From Thermoanaerobaculia bacterium (GTDB taxonomy: Bacteria > Acidobacteriota > Thermoanaerobaculia > Multivoradales > UBA5704), in contig DASUEN010000046.1 in NCBI GenBank assembly GCA_036275055.1, positions 22,917-86,916 of the forward strand: a stretch of DNA of 64,000 nucleotides, read 5' to 3'. This document shows, one piece after another, positions 29,541 to 39,250 of this stretch. Position 1 is the stretch's first letter. Each line of letters opens with the position of its first letter. The notes beneath the pieces were generated by a model that saw nothing but the letters and a program-made list of their open reading frames with translations, was not told where the DNA came from and did not search any database. Both the position numbers and the translations under genes were made by a program.

Positions 29541-30455
29541 TTGGCGACCCCACAGGAGGACCTTGATTTGAGCCAGTCAGGAAAACGCGGTGCCAAAACC
29601 TTCCTTGGGAAGCTCAACTACTACTTGAGCATTTGCAGCGCAATTGGCCTAATGGGGGTTTCAGTAATCGCCCTCTATTATGAGGGCACAGGAAGATTCG
29701 CCCCAAAGGAAAAAAATGCTCCGCGGCCAAGCACCGATGAAGCTCTGGTTTTTCTTGTCGCCATTATCTGCGGCGGAATGGGATCTGAGCGCCTTCTGAT
29801 TCTACGGAAACTGGATTCGAACGTTGAAACAGCGAGCGAAGAGCGGAGGATCATACTGGCTCGGCTCAACAAGATCAATAGGGCACTTGGAATCGATTTC
29901 AAAATGGTAGCCGGAAAAGAGAACGCTCTTATAGCAGCCCTTGCGAAGGTTAACAAGGCTGAGATTCTTATTGGTTTAGACGAAATTGAGGAGGGGGCTC
30001 AAAAGCTGCTCCTAGCCTGCGATAAGAATGATATTATCAGGGCCACTGCTCAGTATTTTCCGGCACTCGACCAAGAACACAAGGACTTGTCCGCGGACTA
30101 CCCTAGCTTTGTGGCCAAGACAGTGAAGAAAGCAATAGCCGAGAGGGGGGCAATGGAGTATCACGTGATCGTTGCTTCAGATACAGATAAGAATGCTCAA
30201 GATCGGAAAGATGCCTTCGCCGCCGAAGGTGTTTCCAAGAAACTCTTCCTGAAAATTCGTAAACAACAGTGGCCGTTTGAGGTTCTCATCGGTGGCCACT
30301 CAATGAATATAGCTATTCCAAGAATTGTAAACGAAAAAAACTACGCCGTCGCTATTAGAGTAACCGACGAGGAGTTCGTAGCAAGGGCAATCGAATGGTA
30401 CGACGATGTTCTATGGAAAGACAGTTCCGATCCTGAGGTCGGGACGCAGGTATAG
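29541..30455 (+). CDS. Hypothetical membrane protein (N-terminal 2-TM module plus ~190-aa soluble domain) in an AT-rich islet
   Basis: The only long ORF in a stretch (about 29330-30460) that is visibly much AT-richer than the rest of the window. TM helices are LNYYLSICSAIGLMGVSVIALYY and ALVFLVAIICGGMGSERLLIL. The likely start is the TTG at 29568, 8 nt after AGGAGGA; the track start is the TTG at 29541. Confidence 0.6.
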   Translation: MATPQEDLDLSQSGKRGAKTFLGKLNYYLSICSAIGLMGVSVIALYYEGTGRFAPKEKNAPRPSTDEALVFLVAIICGGMGSERLLILRKLDSNVETASEERRIILARLNKINRALGIDFKMVAGKENALIAALAKVNKAEILIGLDEIEEGAQKLLLACDKNDIIRATAQYFPALDQEHKDLSADYPSFVAKTVKKAIAERGAMEYHVIVASDTDKNAQDRKDAFAAEGVSKKLFLKIRKQQWPFEVLIGGHSMNIAIPRIVNEKNYAVAIRVTDEEFVARAIEWYDDVLWKDSSDPEVGTQV

Positions 30456-30652
30456 TCGCCTCCCATCTAGGCGAAGCCGCCGTCCGGGCGTCGTCGCACC
30501 CAGATCCAAGCCAAAGCGTGCACGGTCCTGGCTAGCCGGAGAGTGATTGTTTTAGCCTAGCCGAACGCCGCTTGGCGAAAGGGTGGGCTTGTTTCGCCGG
30601 CCATTTGGGCCTACTCTTCCGAAGTACCTATCCATTCCCAAGGAGGTCGAAG

Positions 30653-30820
30653 ATGAAGAAGAAGAGCGTCAAGAAGTTGACCCTCCACCTGGAATCGCTG
30701 CGGGTGCTCGATGGCCCTTCGATCCGCCAAGCGGCAGGCGGCACCGAAACGGGCATCACGCTCTGCGTCCTCACGACCTGCATCCGCCCGACGAAGACTC
30801 CCGTCTTCGATACTGAGTAG
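30653..30820 (+). CDS. Precursor-like small peptide P3: double-glycine leader, Thr/Cys-rich core
   Basis: MKKKSVKKLTLHLESLRVLDGPSIRQAAGG/TETGITLCVLTTCIRPTKTPVFDTE (55 aa). I trimmed track ORF 30572..30820 to the ATG at 30653, preceded by AAGGAGG. Confidence 0.55.
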   Translation: MKKKSVKKLTLHLESLRVLDGPSIRQAAGGTETGITLCVLTTCIRPTKTPVFDTE

Positions 30821-30859
30821 ACGCGCGAGGATTGGTGCCAGGCCAGTCCTCAGCAGGAG

Positions 30860-30885
30860 GAGGCCTCTCGCCTCTGAGAGGCCTC
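30860..30885 (+). terminator. Hairpin downstream of P3
   Basis: GAGGCCTCTC gcctct GAGAGGCCTC forms a perfect 10-bp stem, followed by TCGTGGTTTCC. Confidence 0.4.
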
Positions 30886-31204
30886 TCGTGGTTTCCGAGC
30901 GGGTTCAGGTTGGGTCCGAACGTTCAGAAGTGCCAGATTGAGCCGCAATTGTCGCAGTGTGCCTGGGTCATTCCCTCCTTCCGCTTCGCCTTGACCGACG
31001 TGATCCGGGAAGTCCCGCTGACGGGCGGCGGCACGGTCCCCATACAGTTCGAGTTCTCCGATTTCGTGCACCGTCCCGAGGGACCCGTCAATCAGCCGCG
31101 GCCTCCGGTCGCGAGTTAGTAAGAGTCCCCCATCCCGGCTCGCCGGGCCACCCTTGAAGCACCTATTCAAGAGAAGAACGCCTTCTTCCCGAAAGGAGCT
31201 GAAA

Positions 31205-31465
31205 ATGGCTTGGCGGACTCCGAACCGTAGTTGGAAAGCGGCGATGCTGGTGCTGGCCCTGGGGCTGGCGATGACCGCGCTTTTCCCAGGCCCTGCCCCG
31301 GTACAGGCTTGCCAGAACTTCACCGATTTTTGGACGTATTTCAGCGACGCCGCGCATACCAAGGTCGTCGGGCATTGCGAGCAGGACTGTTTCTGCGTTC
31401 CGCGGTTCTGCTCGGGGCAGCAGACGGCGTACTATATTGTGACCACGACGCCGGGCTGCCTGTAG
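31205..31465 (+). CDS. Small secreted Cys-rich protein (hypothetical)
   Basis: The ATG at 31205 follows GAAAGGAG. The signal peptide is MAWRTPNRSWKAAMLVLALGLAMTALFPGPAPVQA. The mature ~51 aa have 6 Cys. A 10-bp hairpin, CGCGCGGCGA/TCGCCGCGCG, lies at 31483-31506. Confidence 0.55.
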   Translation: MAWRTPNRSWKAAMLVLALGLAMTALFPGPAPVQACQNFTDFWTYFSDAAHTKVVGHCEQDCFCVPRFCSGQQTAYYIVTTTPGCL

Positions 31466-31569
31466 CCCCAACGTCTCCGCGTCGCGCGGCGATGAATCGC
31501 CGCGCGAGGACCAGCGCCGCTGAAGGGGACTTCCTGTCCCGGCGCGCGCGCCAGCCGCTGAGGCCGAAC

Positions 31570-32085
31570 GCTGCGTCCCGACTCTCCAGACACCGGTCCA
31601 GAGTCGCAGAAAGCGGGTCAGCGTCTCCTGACATCGGACCGGCACCGGCCGATCCAGAGCGATGTCTGGGGATCCGGGCCAGTGTCTCGAGACATCGCTC
31701 CTGTGTCTGGAGATCCAGACTGATGTCTGGGGATCCAAGCCGATGTCGGCTCCTCTGAAACGGTGCCTCCTGACAGCGGACCGGCGTCTGCCGATCCAGA
31801 GTGATGTCTGGGGATCCAGGCCAGTGTCTCCAGATATCGCTTCGATGTCTGGGGCTCCAGACTGATGTCCGGGGATCCAAGCCGACGCGGCTCACACTGG
31901 GCCGGCGTCTTCAGCATCGGACCGGCGTCTGCCGATCCAGAGCGTTGTCTGGCGATCCAAGCCGGTGTCGCCAGACATCGCTCCGGTGCCTGAAGATCCA
32001 AGCCGACGTCTCGGGATCCAAGCCGACGCCGGCTCACGCGGGACCAACGTCGGCAGATCCAAAGCGATGTCAGGCGATATACTCC
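31570..32085. repeat. Non-coding tandem array: about 3.5 higher-order units of 140-142 bp, each made of seven ~20-bp GATCC...GATGTCTGGG subunits
   Basis: Units are at 31621-31762, 31763-31902 and 31903-32042, with a partial fourth. GATCC occurs 12 times between 31651 and 32056. Every interval between them is 20, 41 or 60-61 bp. Confidence 0.85.
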
Positions 32086-32110
32086 GTTGTCCTGAGGTCG
32101 TGGGTCTCCT

Positions 32111-34762
32111 GTGCTCGAGCCATCCGAAACGGAGTCGGTATCCCCCCTCGCAGAGCCGGTTTCTTCGGGCAGATGGTTCTCTGGCGGCCTTCTGGACGGC
32201 CGGTACGAGATCAGGGAATGTCTTGGTCGCGGCGGCAGCGCCACCGTGTACCGCGTCTTCGACCGGCTCCTCGCGGCAGAGGTCGCCCTCAAGAGGGTCC
32301 ATCCCGAGCGCGATCCGGAACGGGCGCTCCTCCGTCTCCGGCGGGAGGTCAAGGTCGCGCGGGAGAGCCTGAGCCCTCATCTCGTCCGCGTCTACGAGCT
32401 TGGACAGTGCGGCGAGGACATTTACCTCACGATGGAGCTCCTTACGGGCGGGTCGCTCCGGGGCCGGCTGGGGAAGGGTTCTTTTCCCGTGGCGGAGGCT
32501 CTCCGGATTGCCGAGGCCGTGCTCCGCGGGCTCGCTGCGCTCCATGCGAAAGAGGTCGTACATCGCGACGTGACGCCTGGAAACGTTCTCTTTTCCGGGA
32601 GCGGCGAGCCGAAGCTCGCGGACTTCGGTCTGGCCTACCGGTTCGGGCGAGAGGAGACGCGGCTCACGCTCGCGGGAGGCGTGGTGGGAACCCTCGGATA
32701 TCTCGCGCCGGAGCAGCTTCTCGGAGAGGAAGCCAGCCCCCGGAGCGACCTTTATGCCTTGGGTGTCGTGCTGTTCGAGATGCTGGCAGGGAGACTGCCA
32801 CAGGAGGCATCCTCCGAATTCGGCCGGCGCCTCGGTCCGCTCCAGGCAGCTCCCGGCGTGCGGCAATACCGTCCCGAGGTCCCTCGCTGGCTGGCCGCGA
32901 TCGTGGCGCGGCTTTTGGAGGTGCGTCCCGTTGACCGCTATGCGAGCGCCGAAGCCGCCTTGCGGGATTTGCAACGGGAACGCCGCCCTCCCCACCTCCG
33001 GTTGCGGCGGCGACTCTTCCGTGCGGCGGTCATCAGCCTCCTCTTCCTGCCTCAGGCCGGCGTGCTCGTCACGCGCGCTCCCGAAGCAAAATTTTCCCAT
33101 CTCGTCCCGCTGGGCGAAAGCGGTATCGCCGCCGTCGGCACCGCGGGCGAAAGGCTTTGGACTCTCCCCGGAGTCGCTCCTGAAATCGCGGACCGCTGGA
33201 CCTTCGCGAGGCTCACGCCCGGCGGCCCTCGCCTCATCGCCACCGTGCTCTCCCGGCCGCAGGAGTGGTCGCTCGCGGCGGTCTCCACACTGTCTTTCCT
33301 CGACCCGGCTTCCGGGAAGGTCGTGAAGCATCGGCAGCTCCCGAACGCTGCAGACTACTTTCCGAACGACTCTCCGCGTTTTTCGTTCTCTTCAGTGAAA
33401 GCCGTCGATCTTTTCCATGACGGCGTCGACGAGATCCTCGTCAGCTACATTCACGTCCCGGAGGCGCCCGCCTACACCATCCTCTACGCGCCCCAATCCG
33501 ACCGGGCTCGCGTGATCTATTATTCGCGGGGAGGCCAGGGTTTCCAAGGCGTCGCGGATCTCGACGGCGACGGCTCCCCCGAGCTCCTTTTCGCGGGCGT
33601 CAACAACGGTTGGAACTGGGTAAACGTGGTGGCTGCGGTACGGCTCGACTTTCAATCGTTGTCCGAGGAAGGCTCGCTGCTCCCCGCGGCTGCGCCGGAC
33701 GTGATGGAGCAACCTGCGCAGGAGCGGTTCCTCCTCTGGTATGCGATCCTGCCGCGGGGGCACCTCGAAACCCCACACTTCCTCACCATCGATGAGAAGC
33801 GGCGAGAGCTCACCCTCCGCTATCGCTCCGGCAAAACCTGGACGCTCGGGTTCGACGGTTTTCCACCGGGAGCGGCAGGTCCGGAAAGGGCCGAGCGTCA
33901 ACGCGCCCGGCGAGCGGCCTATGAGCATCTCCGCGAGGCCGAACGCCTGCGCCAGTTGGGAGCGCTCGGCCTTGCCATGACCGAGGCCCTGGCCGCTCAG
34001 GGCTCAGCGGAGCTGGCGAAAGAAACCTGGCTCGGCCAATATGCCGAAAGGCTGCAGGCGAAAATCCTCGTTGCGTCGGGGAAAGTCTCGGAGGCGGAGG
34101 CGCGCTTCACGTCACTCTCGGCGAAGGCAGAGGATGCGCCCGAGGTCGCCTACGACGCCGCGGTGGCTTTCCATCTCCACGGCGATCTTCGAAAAGCGAT
34201 CATTTGGTACGAGCGCGGTATCGGCCGCGAGTCGGCGATGGGCGCGGGGAAGAGCAAGCACGAGTTCCTGAAGGGTGAGATCCTGGCTCTGGTGGAGGAG
34301 AGACGCTACACGGAAGCGCTCTCGGCGCTGGAGAGCTTCATGGCTGCGTATCCAACCTGGCGAAGCCACCTGTGGACGTACCGCGAGTACGTCCGCTGGC
34401 GAGCGGGTGAACGCCCGGATGCGGACCCTGCCGGGGTTCCGGCCAACTGGACGGACGTGGAGCGCTATTGGGATCTGGAGCTCGCGCTCGCGGACGGGGG
34501 CGAGCCCAAGGAGATCCTCCGGCGGGCCGACCGGCTCCTCGCCGAAAAGCTGGCGCCCCGGGCGGAGATTTTGTCGCTCCGGGCCGTGCTCCTGGCCCGG
34601 TTGGGGCAGCCGCGAGAAGCCGCGGCGGCGGCGCAGTCGGCCCTCGAGCTCGTGCGCGTGGAGCAGACGCGGAGTATCGTGGCGCGAGGGCATGCGGAGC
34701 TCGTGGAGAAGCGCGCCCGGGAGCTCCGCAGTGCTTCCGGTAACCCGGTAGAGAGGCCGTGA
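32111..34762 (+). CDS. Ser/Thr protein kinase with FG-GAP/VCBS-like and TPR-like C-terminal regions
   Basis: An 883-aa ORF (GTG start). Hanks kinase motifs are present (GRGGSATVY, VALKRV, HRDVTPGNVL, ADFGLA, GTLGYLAPE). Later come DLDGDGSPELLFAGVNNGWNW and helical-repeat sequence. Confidence 0.85.
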   Translation: MLEPSETESVSPLAEPVSSGRWFSGGLLDGRYEIRECLGRGGSATVYRVFDRLLAAEVALKRVHPERDPERALLRLRREVKVARESLSPHLVRVYELGQCGEDIYLTMELLTGGSLRGRLGKGSFPVAEALRIAEAVLRGLAALHAKEVVHRDVTPGNVLFSGSGEPKLADFGLAYRFGREETRLTLAGGVVGTLGYLAPEQLLGEEASPRSDLYALGVVLFEMLAGRLPQEASSEFGRRLGPLQAAPGVRQYRPEVPRWLAAIVARLLEVRPVDRYASAEAALRDLQRERRPPHLRLRRRLFRAAVISLLFLPQAGVLVTRAPEAKFSHLVPLGESGIAAVGTAGERLWTLPGVAPEIADRWTFARLTPGGPRLIATVLSRPQEWSLAAVSTLSFLDPASGKVVKHRQLPNAADYFPNDSPRFSFSSVKAVDLFHDGVDEILVSYIHVPEAPAYTILYAPQSDRARVIYYSRGGQGFQGVADLDGDGSPELLFAGVNNGWNWVNVVAAVRLDFQSLSEEGSLLPAAAPDVMEQPAQERFLLWYAILPRGHLETPHFLTIDEKRRELTLRYRSGKTWTLGFDGFPPGAAGPERAERQRARRAAYEHLREAERLRQLGALGLAMTEALAAQGSAELAKETWLGQYAERLQAKILVASGKVSEAEARFTSLSAKAEDAPEVAYDAAVAFHLHGDLRKAIIWYERGIGRESAMGAGKSKHEFLKGEILALVEERRYTEALSALESFMAAYPTWRSHLWTYREYVRWRAGERPDADPAGVPANWTDVERYWDLELALADGGEPKEILRRADRLLAEKLAPRAEILSLRAVLLARLGQPREAAAAAQSALELVRVEQTRSIVARGHAELVEKRARELRSASGNPVERP

Positions 34763-35691
34763 TGCTTCGTCTGTTATCCTTCTATGGCCAGGAAGAAAGG
34801 GTTTTCGAAGTTCCAGACAACGAAGCCCAGCTCGGGAGCAGTCCGGAGAACGATCTGGTTTTGCGCGTCCCCGGGATCTCGCGCCGGCATGCGCTCGTGC
34901 GGCGCTGCCCCGGCGGCGTCGAGCTCGTGGACCTTGGCTCCAAGAACGGCATTTTCGTGGAGGGCCGGCGAGTCAAGCGTGCGTTCCTCACGCCGGGCCT
35001 GCGGCTCCAGATCGGAGTGACCTGGCTGGAGCTCGAGGACGTCGATTCCTCCCAGGCGGAGCTTACGCGCCTGCTCCAGGATGCGTCCGAAAGAGCAGCA
35101 CCGCCCTCCGTGAGCACTGTGACCGAGTTGGCGGCCGGCGTCCAAAGCCTAACCCCGGCCGAGGCCGCCCTTGCCCTGGCCTACCACATCGCACAACGAG
35201 GAGTGGCGCTCCCGGGGAGGCGGACCGACCTGCTCGCTCGCATCAAGGCGACACTCGGCGCGGAGGCGTTCCTTTCTTTCGAGCGGCGGCGCAGCGGAGG
35301 GCTCCGGACTTTGGAGAGCGAAGGTACGTTCCTGAACGCTGACGTCCACGTCTTCGCCTCCCTGGCAGCCGATGCGAGCGTTTCGCCCTCGAAACAGGTA
35401 CTTCTCAAGCGCGCGGGACCCATCCTCGTCGCCGGCAGAGGTCCATGGTTTCTGGGAGCGAAGTTCGCCGGCGAGGCGCTTGCCCGAGAGGGATGGCGGA
35501 AGGATTTCCTGCGCTTTCTGGCCCATCGGTTCTTCCTCCCCCTGCGGACCCTCGACGACCTGAATGCCTCCGAAGCGCAGCGGATCCTCGCTCTCGTGGG
35601 CGGGAACAAGCGGAAGGCGGCGGGGCTGCTCGGAATCAGCCCCGGTACGCTCTACAAGCTTCTCGGCCACCGCGGTTCGGCCGGGCGCTGA
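34759..35691 (+). CDS. FHA-domain regulator with a C-terminal Fis-type HTH and no AAA+ domain
   Basis: The FHA domain reads LGSSPENDLVLRVPGISRRHALVRR...VDLGSKNGIFVEGRRV. The C-terminal HTH_8-like segment is ILALVGGNKRKAAGLLGISPGTLYKLL. The start overlaps the kinase stop (GTGATG). Confidence 0.8.
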   Translation: MMLRLLSFYGQEERVFEVPDNEAQLGSSPENDLVLRVPGISRRHALVRRCPGGVELVDLGSKNGIFVEGRRVKRAFLTPGLRLQIGVTWLELEDVDSSQAELTRLLQDASERAAPPSVSTVTELAAGVQSLTPAEAALALAYHIAQRGVALPGRRTDLLARIKATLGAEAFLSFERRRSGGLRTLESEGTFLNADVHVFASLAADASVSPSKQVLLKRAGPILVAGRGPWFLGAKFAGEALAREGWRKDFLRFLAHRFFLPLRTLDDLNASEAQRILALVGGNKRKAAGLLGISPGTLYKLLGHRGSAGR

Positions 35692-35800
35692 TCGGATCCG
35701 TTCACAATTTGAACAGCTTTGACAGGCCACAGCCGGGCTCCCACACTAGGCAATGTGCACGGCAATTCCTGGCCGGGCACGATCGTCAAGGGAGCCCGAC

Positions 35801-37117
35801 ATGAAAATCAAAGTGGCAACGATTCCCGTTCTGATCCTTCTCGCGATCCTGGGTGCGAGGGGTCCGGCCGAAGCCCAAATCGTCTTCCAGGACGATTTCG
35901 ATCGCGCTGACTCTTCTTCCCTGGGGCCACCGTGGCAACTGCTCACGGGCACGATGCTGCAGATTCAAAATGGCCAGGCTGAAGAGACCAGCGTCGGCCA
36001 GGTCGAAGATGCGGTGGCCGTCGCTGGCCTGAACCTGGCCCAACAAACCATTGACGTCGATTGGGCACCGACGGGAGGCAATAGCGGAGTGGATGGCCGG
36101 CTGCTGGGGCGTGTTCGCGATGCCAACAACTACTACGGGGCGAGGCTGGCTCAAGGCGGCGCCACCGAAGTCGTCCTTCTTTACAAGCTCGTGGGCGGCG
36201 TATATTCCGAGCTGACTCGGTCCGAGGTGCCAAAGGCTACGACGTCTCCGTACCATCTTCGGTTGACGATCACCGGTTCCTCTTTGGAGTTTCATGTCGA
36301 TCGCCCTGGCAGCGCAACGCTGGTCGTGACCGCGACGGATTCGAGCCTCGATTCAGGAAGCGCCGGTCTCGTGGGCTTCTCCGGCTGGGGCGGTACGCAA
36401 GCGCGCTCGACCTATGACAATTTCGTCGTCGCGGGCACAGGGGCGATGGGCATCGAAGGCTTCCTTTGGAAGGGCGCCTGGGACAGCGGCACCGCCTATG
36501 CGGCAGGGGACGCCGTGAGCTTCACCGGTTCGAGCTACGTAAGCCTGACGAACAGTAATATCGGCAATCAGCCAGGTTTTTCTCCGGAGAGTTGGGATCT
36601 CATCGCGCAGAAGGGCGACACCGGTGCAACCGGCCCAACGGGTGCTACAGGTCCGATAGGTCCAATGGGTCCAATCGGTCCGACAGGTGCAACAGGCCCG
36701 ACCGGTGCAACAGGTCCGGCGGGTGCAACCGGCCCCGCAGGCGCGAACGGCACCAGCGGCTCAGCGATCGGCGGCAACTACGCCAACACCGGCAACAACA
36801 CCTTCCTGATCCCATGGGGCACCAACACCAACGCGACCGAGGCCAACGCCGACGTTCCGCTGCCCTCGGGTAAAGCGAGCAAATTGGTCGTCAGTCTGAC
36901 GGTGGCACCGGGCGCCGGTCAGTCGGCGACCCTCACGATCCGAAAGAACGGAGTCAACACGGCGTTGACCTGCACGGTCTCCGGCACGGCCACGACCTGC
37001 GCCGACACGGTGGACAGCGTGACTTTCAGCAATGGGGACCTTCTATCCATCCTCTACACCGAAGCCGGCGCAGCGGCTTCCCGGATCCGCTTCGCTTTCG
37101 AGTACGACTCTCCGTAG
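35801..37117 (+). CDS. Secreted collagen-like protein: LamG/ConA-like domain, CBM5/12-like segment, 16 G-X-Y triplets and a C-terminal globular domain
   Basis: I trimmed track ORF 35753..37117 to the ATG at 35801 (signal [25 protein letters not shown]). It contains [27 protein letters not shown]...W, then [49 protein letters not shown]. Confidence 0.8.
   Translation: MKIKVATIPVLILLAILGARGPAEAQIVFQDDFDRADSSSLGPPWQLLTGTMLQIQNGQAEETSVGQVEDAVAVAGLNLAQQTIDVDWAPTGGNSGVDGRLLGRVRDANNYYGARLAQGGATEVVLLYKLVGGVYSELTRSEVPKATTSPYHLRLTITGSSLEFHVDRPGSATLVVTATDSSLDSGSAGLVGFSGWGGTQARSTYDNFVVAGTGAMGIEGFLWKGAWDSGTAYAAGDAVSFTGSSYVSLTNSNIGNQPGFSPESWDLIAQKGDTGATGPTGATGPIGPMGPIGPTGATGPTGATGPAGATGPAGANGTSGSAIGGNYANTGNNTFLIPWGTNTNATEANADVPLPSGKASKLVVSLTVAPGAGQSATLTIRKNGVNTALTCTVSGTATTCADTVDSVTFSNGDLLSILYTEAGAAASRIRFAFEYDSP
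36614..36760 (+). repeat. Collagen-type (G-X-Y)16 coding repeat
   Basis: A 9-bp periodic GGN-NNN-NNN run inside the CDS above. Confidence 0.85.
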
Positions 37118-37157
37118 ACGGCTCCCGTCCGGCTCAGCCCCGGCGCCGGCAAGCCCC

Positions 37158-38699
<1,542 letters not shown>

Positions 38700-38750
38700 G
38701 GGCTCACCATAGCGCAGCTTGGCGAAGACTGGCAGGGGAGCAGGAGGACG

Positions 38751-38790
38751 TCGGACATCCCCGCGGGATGGTCCGACATCTTTCCGACAG
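38751..38790 (+). promoter_or_regulatory. Candidate upstream activator sites: two SCGACATCY motifs 21 bp apart
   Basis: CGGACATCC lies at 38752-38760 and CCGACATCT at 38772-38780, with GACATC cores at 38754 and 38775. A third partial copy, CCGACAG, is at 38784-38790. They sit 60-85 bp upstream of the -24 element. Confidence 0.4.
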
Positions 38791-38835
38791 GGCGAAAGCC
38801 GGCGGCGGCGGAGGGCTCCAGGGGGGATTCGTGCC

Positions 38836-38850
38836 TGGCACCACGCTTGC
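38836..38850 (+). promoter_or_regulatory. Sigma54 (-24/-12) promoter
   Basis: TGGCAC-cacgc-TTGC lies at 38836-38850, an exact match to TGGCAC-N5-TTGC with GG and GC 12 nt apart. It is 54 nt upstream of the ATG at 38904 and divergent from the bEBP gene. Confidence 0.75.
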
Positions 38851-38903
38851 TCTGAGCGTTTGTCAAATATCACCCGTCAACGTCACTCAAGGAGGGATGA
38901 AAC

Positions 38904-39248
38904 ATGTCTCTGACCATTGAAGATCTCTATGGGAACTGGTTCGACGCCCGCATCGTTACGCGACTCCTCGATCCATGCGCCTCAGCCTTGGAGCTGTACG
39001 ACGGCGCGGACGGGAGCTCGTACTGGCACACCAGTGACGACCGCTGGGATGGAGCCGTTTCGTTCGATTCCGCCTCGGGGCAGATCCGGCTTCAGGGGTG
39101 CACCAAGTTCCCCGTGCTGACGGTGGCGACGGATACGACAGGCAGCGCGACCTTGAAAGCCGGCGACGTCGTCTTGTGCCGGATGGACGCTCAGGCCGGG
39201 GGCGATACCTGCAACCTCGGAATGATCAACAAGCCGCAGGACGGCTGA
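38904..39248 (+). CDS. Hypothetical 114-aa protein with no signal peptide; sigma54-promoter target
   Basis: A strong RBS (AAGGAGGG) precedes the ATG. I recognise no family. Confidence 0.6.
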   Translation: MSLTIEDLYGNWFDARIVTRLLDPCASALELYDGADGSSYWHTSDDRWDGAVSFDSASGQIRLQGCTKFPVLTVATDTTGSATLKAGDVVLCRMDAQAGGDTCNLGMINKPQDG

Positions 39249-39250
39249 AG

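Noticed and set aside
30832-31362. ORFs 30850..31362 (-) and 30832..31119 (+) as genes or transposase remnants between P3 and the secreted Cys-rich protein
   Set aside because: They have no recognisable family and no RBS. The minus ORF overlaps the better-supported 31205-31465 gene. They could be decayed sequence, but I cannot support a call.
31570-32085. Possible CRISPR array, because of regularly spaced repeats
   Set aside because: The period is only ~20 bp and there are no unique 30-40-bp spacers. The inter-motif sequence is itself repeated, in 140-bp higher-order units. No cas genes are nearby.
32111-34762. The two Ser/Thr kinases as class III/IV lanthipeptide synthetases (LanKC/LanL) for the nearby precursor-like peptides
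   Set aside because: The kinase domain is N-terminal, with no preceding lyase domain. The C-terminal regions are FG-GAP/TPR-like, not LanC cyclase (no GxxHG, WCxG or CHG zinc-ligand motifs).
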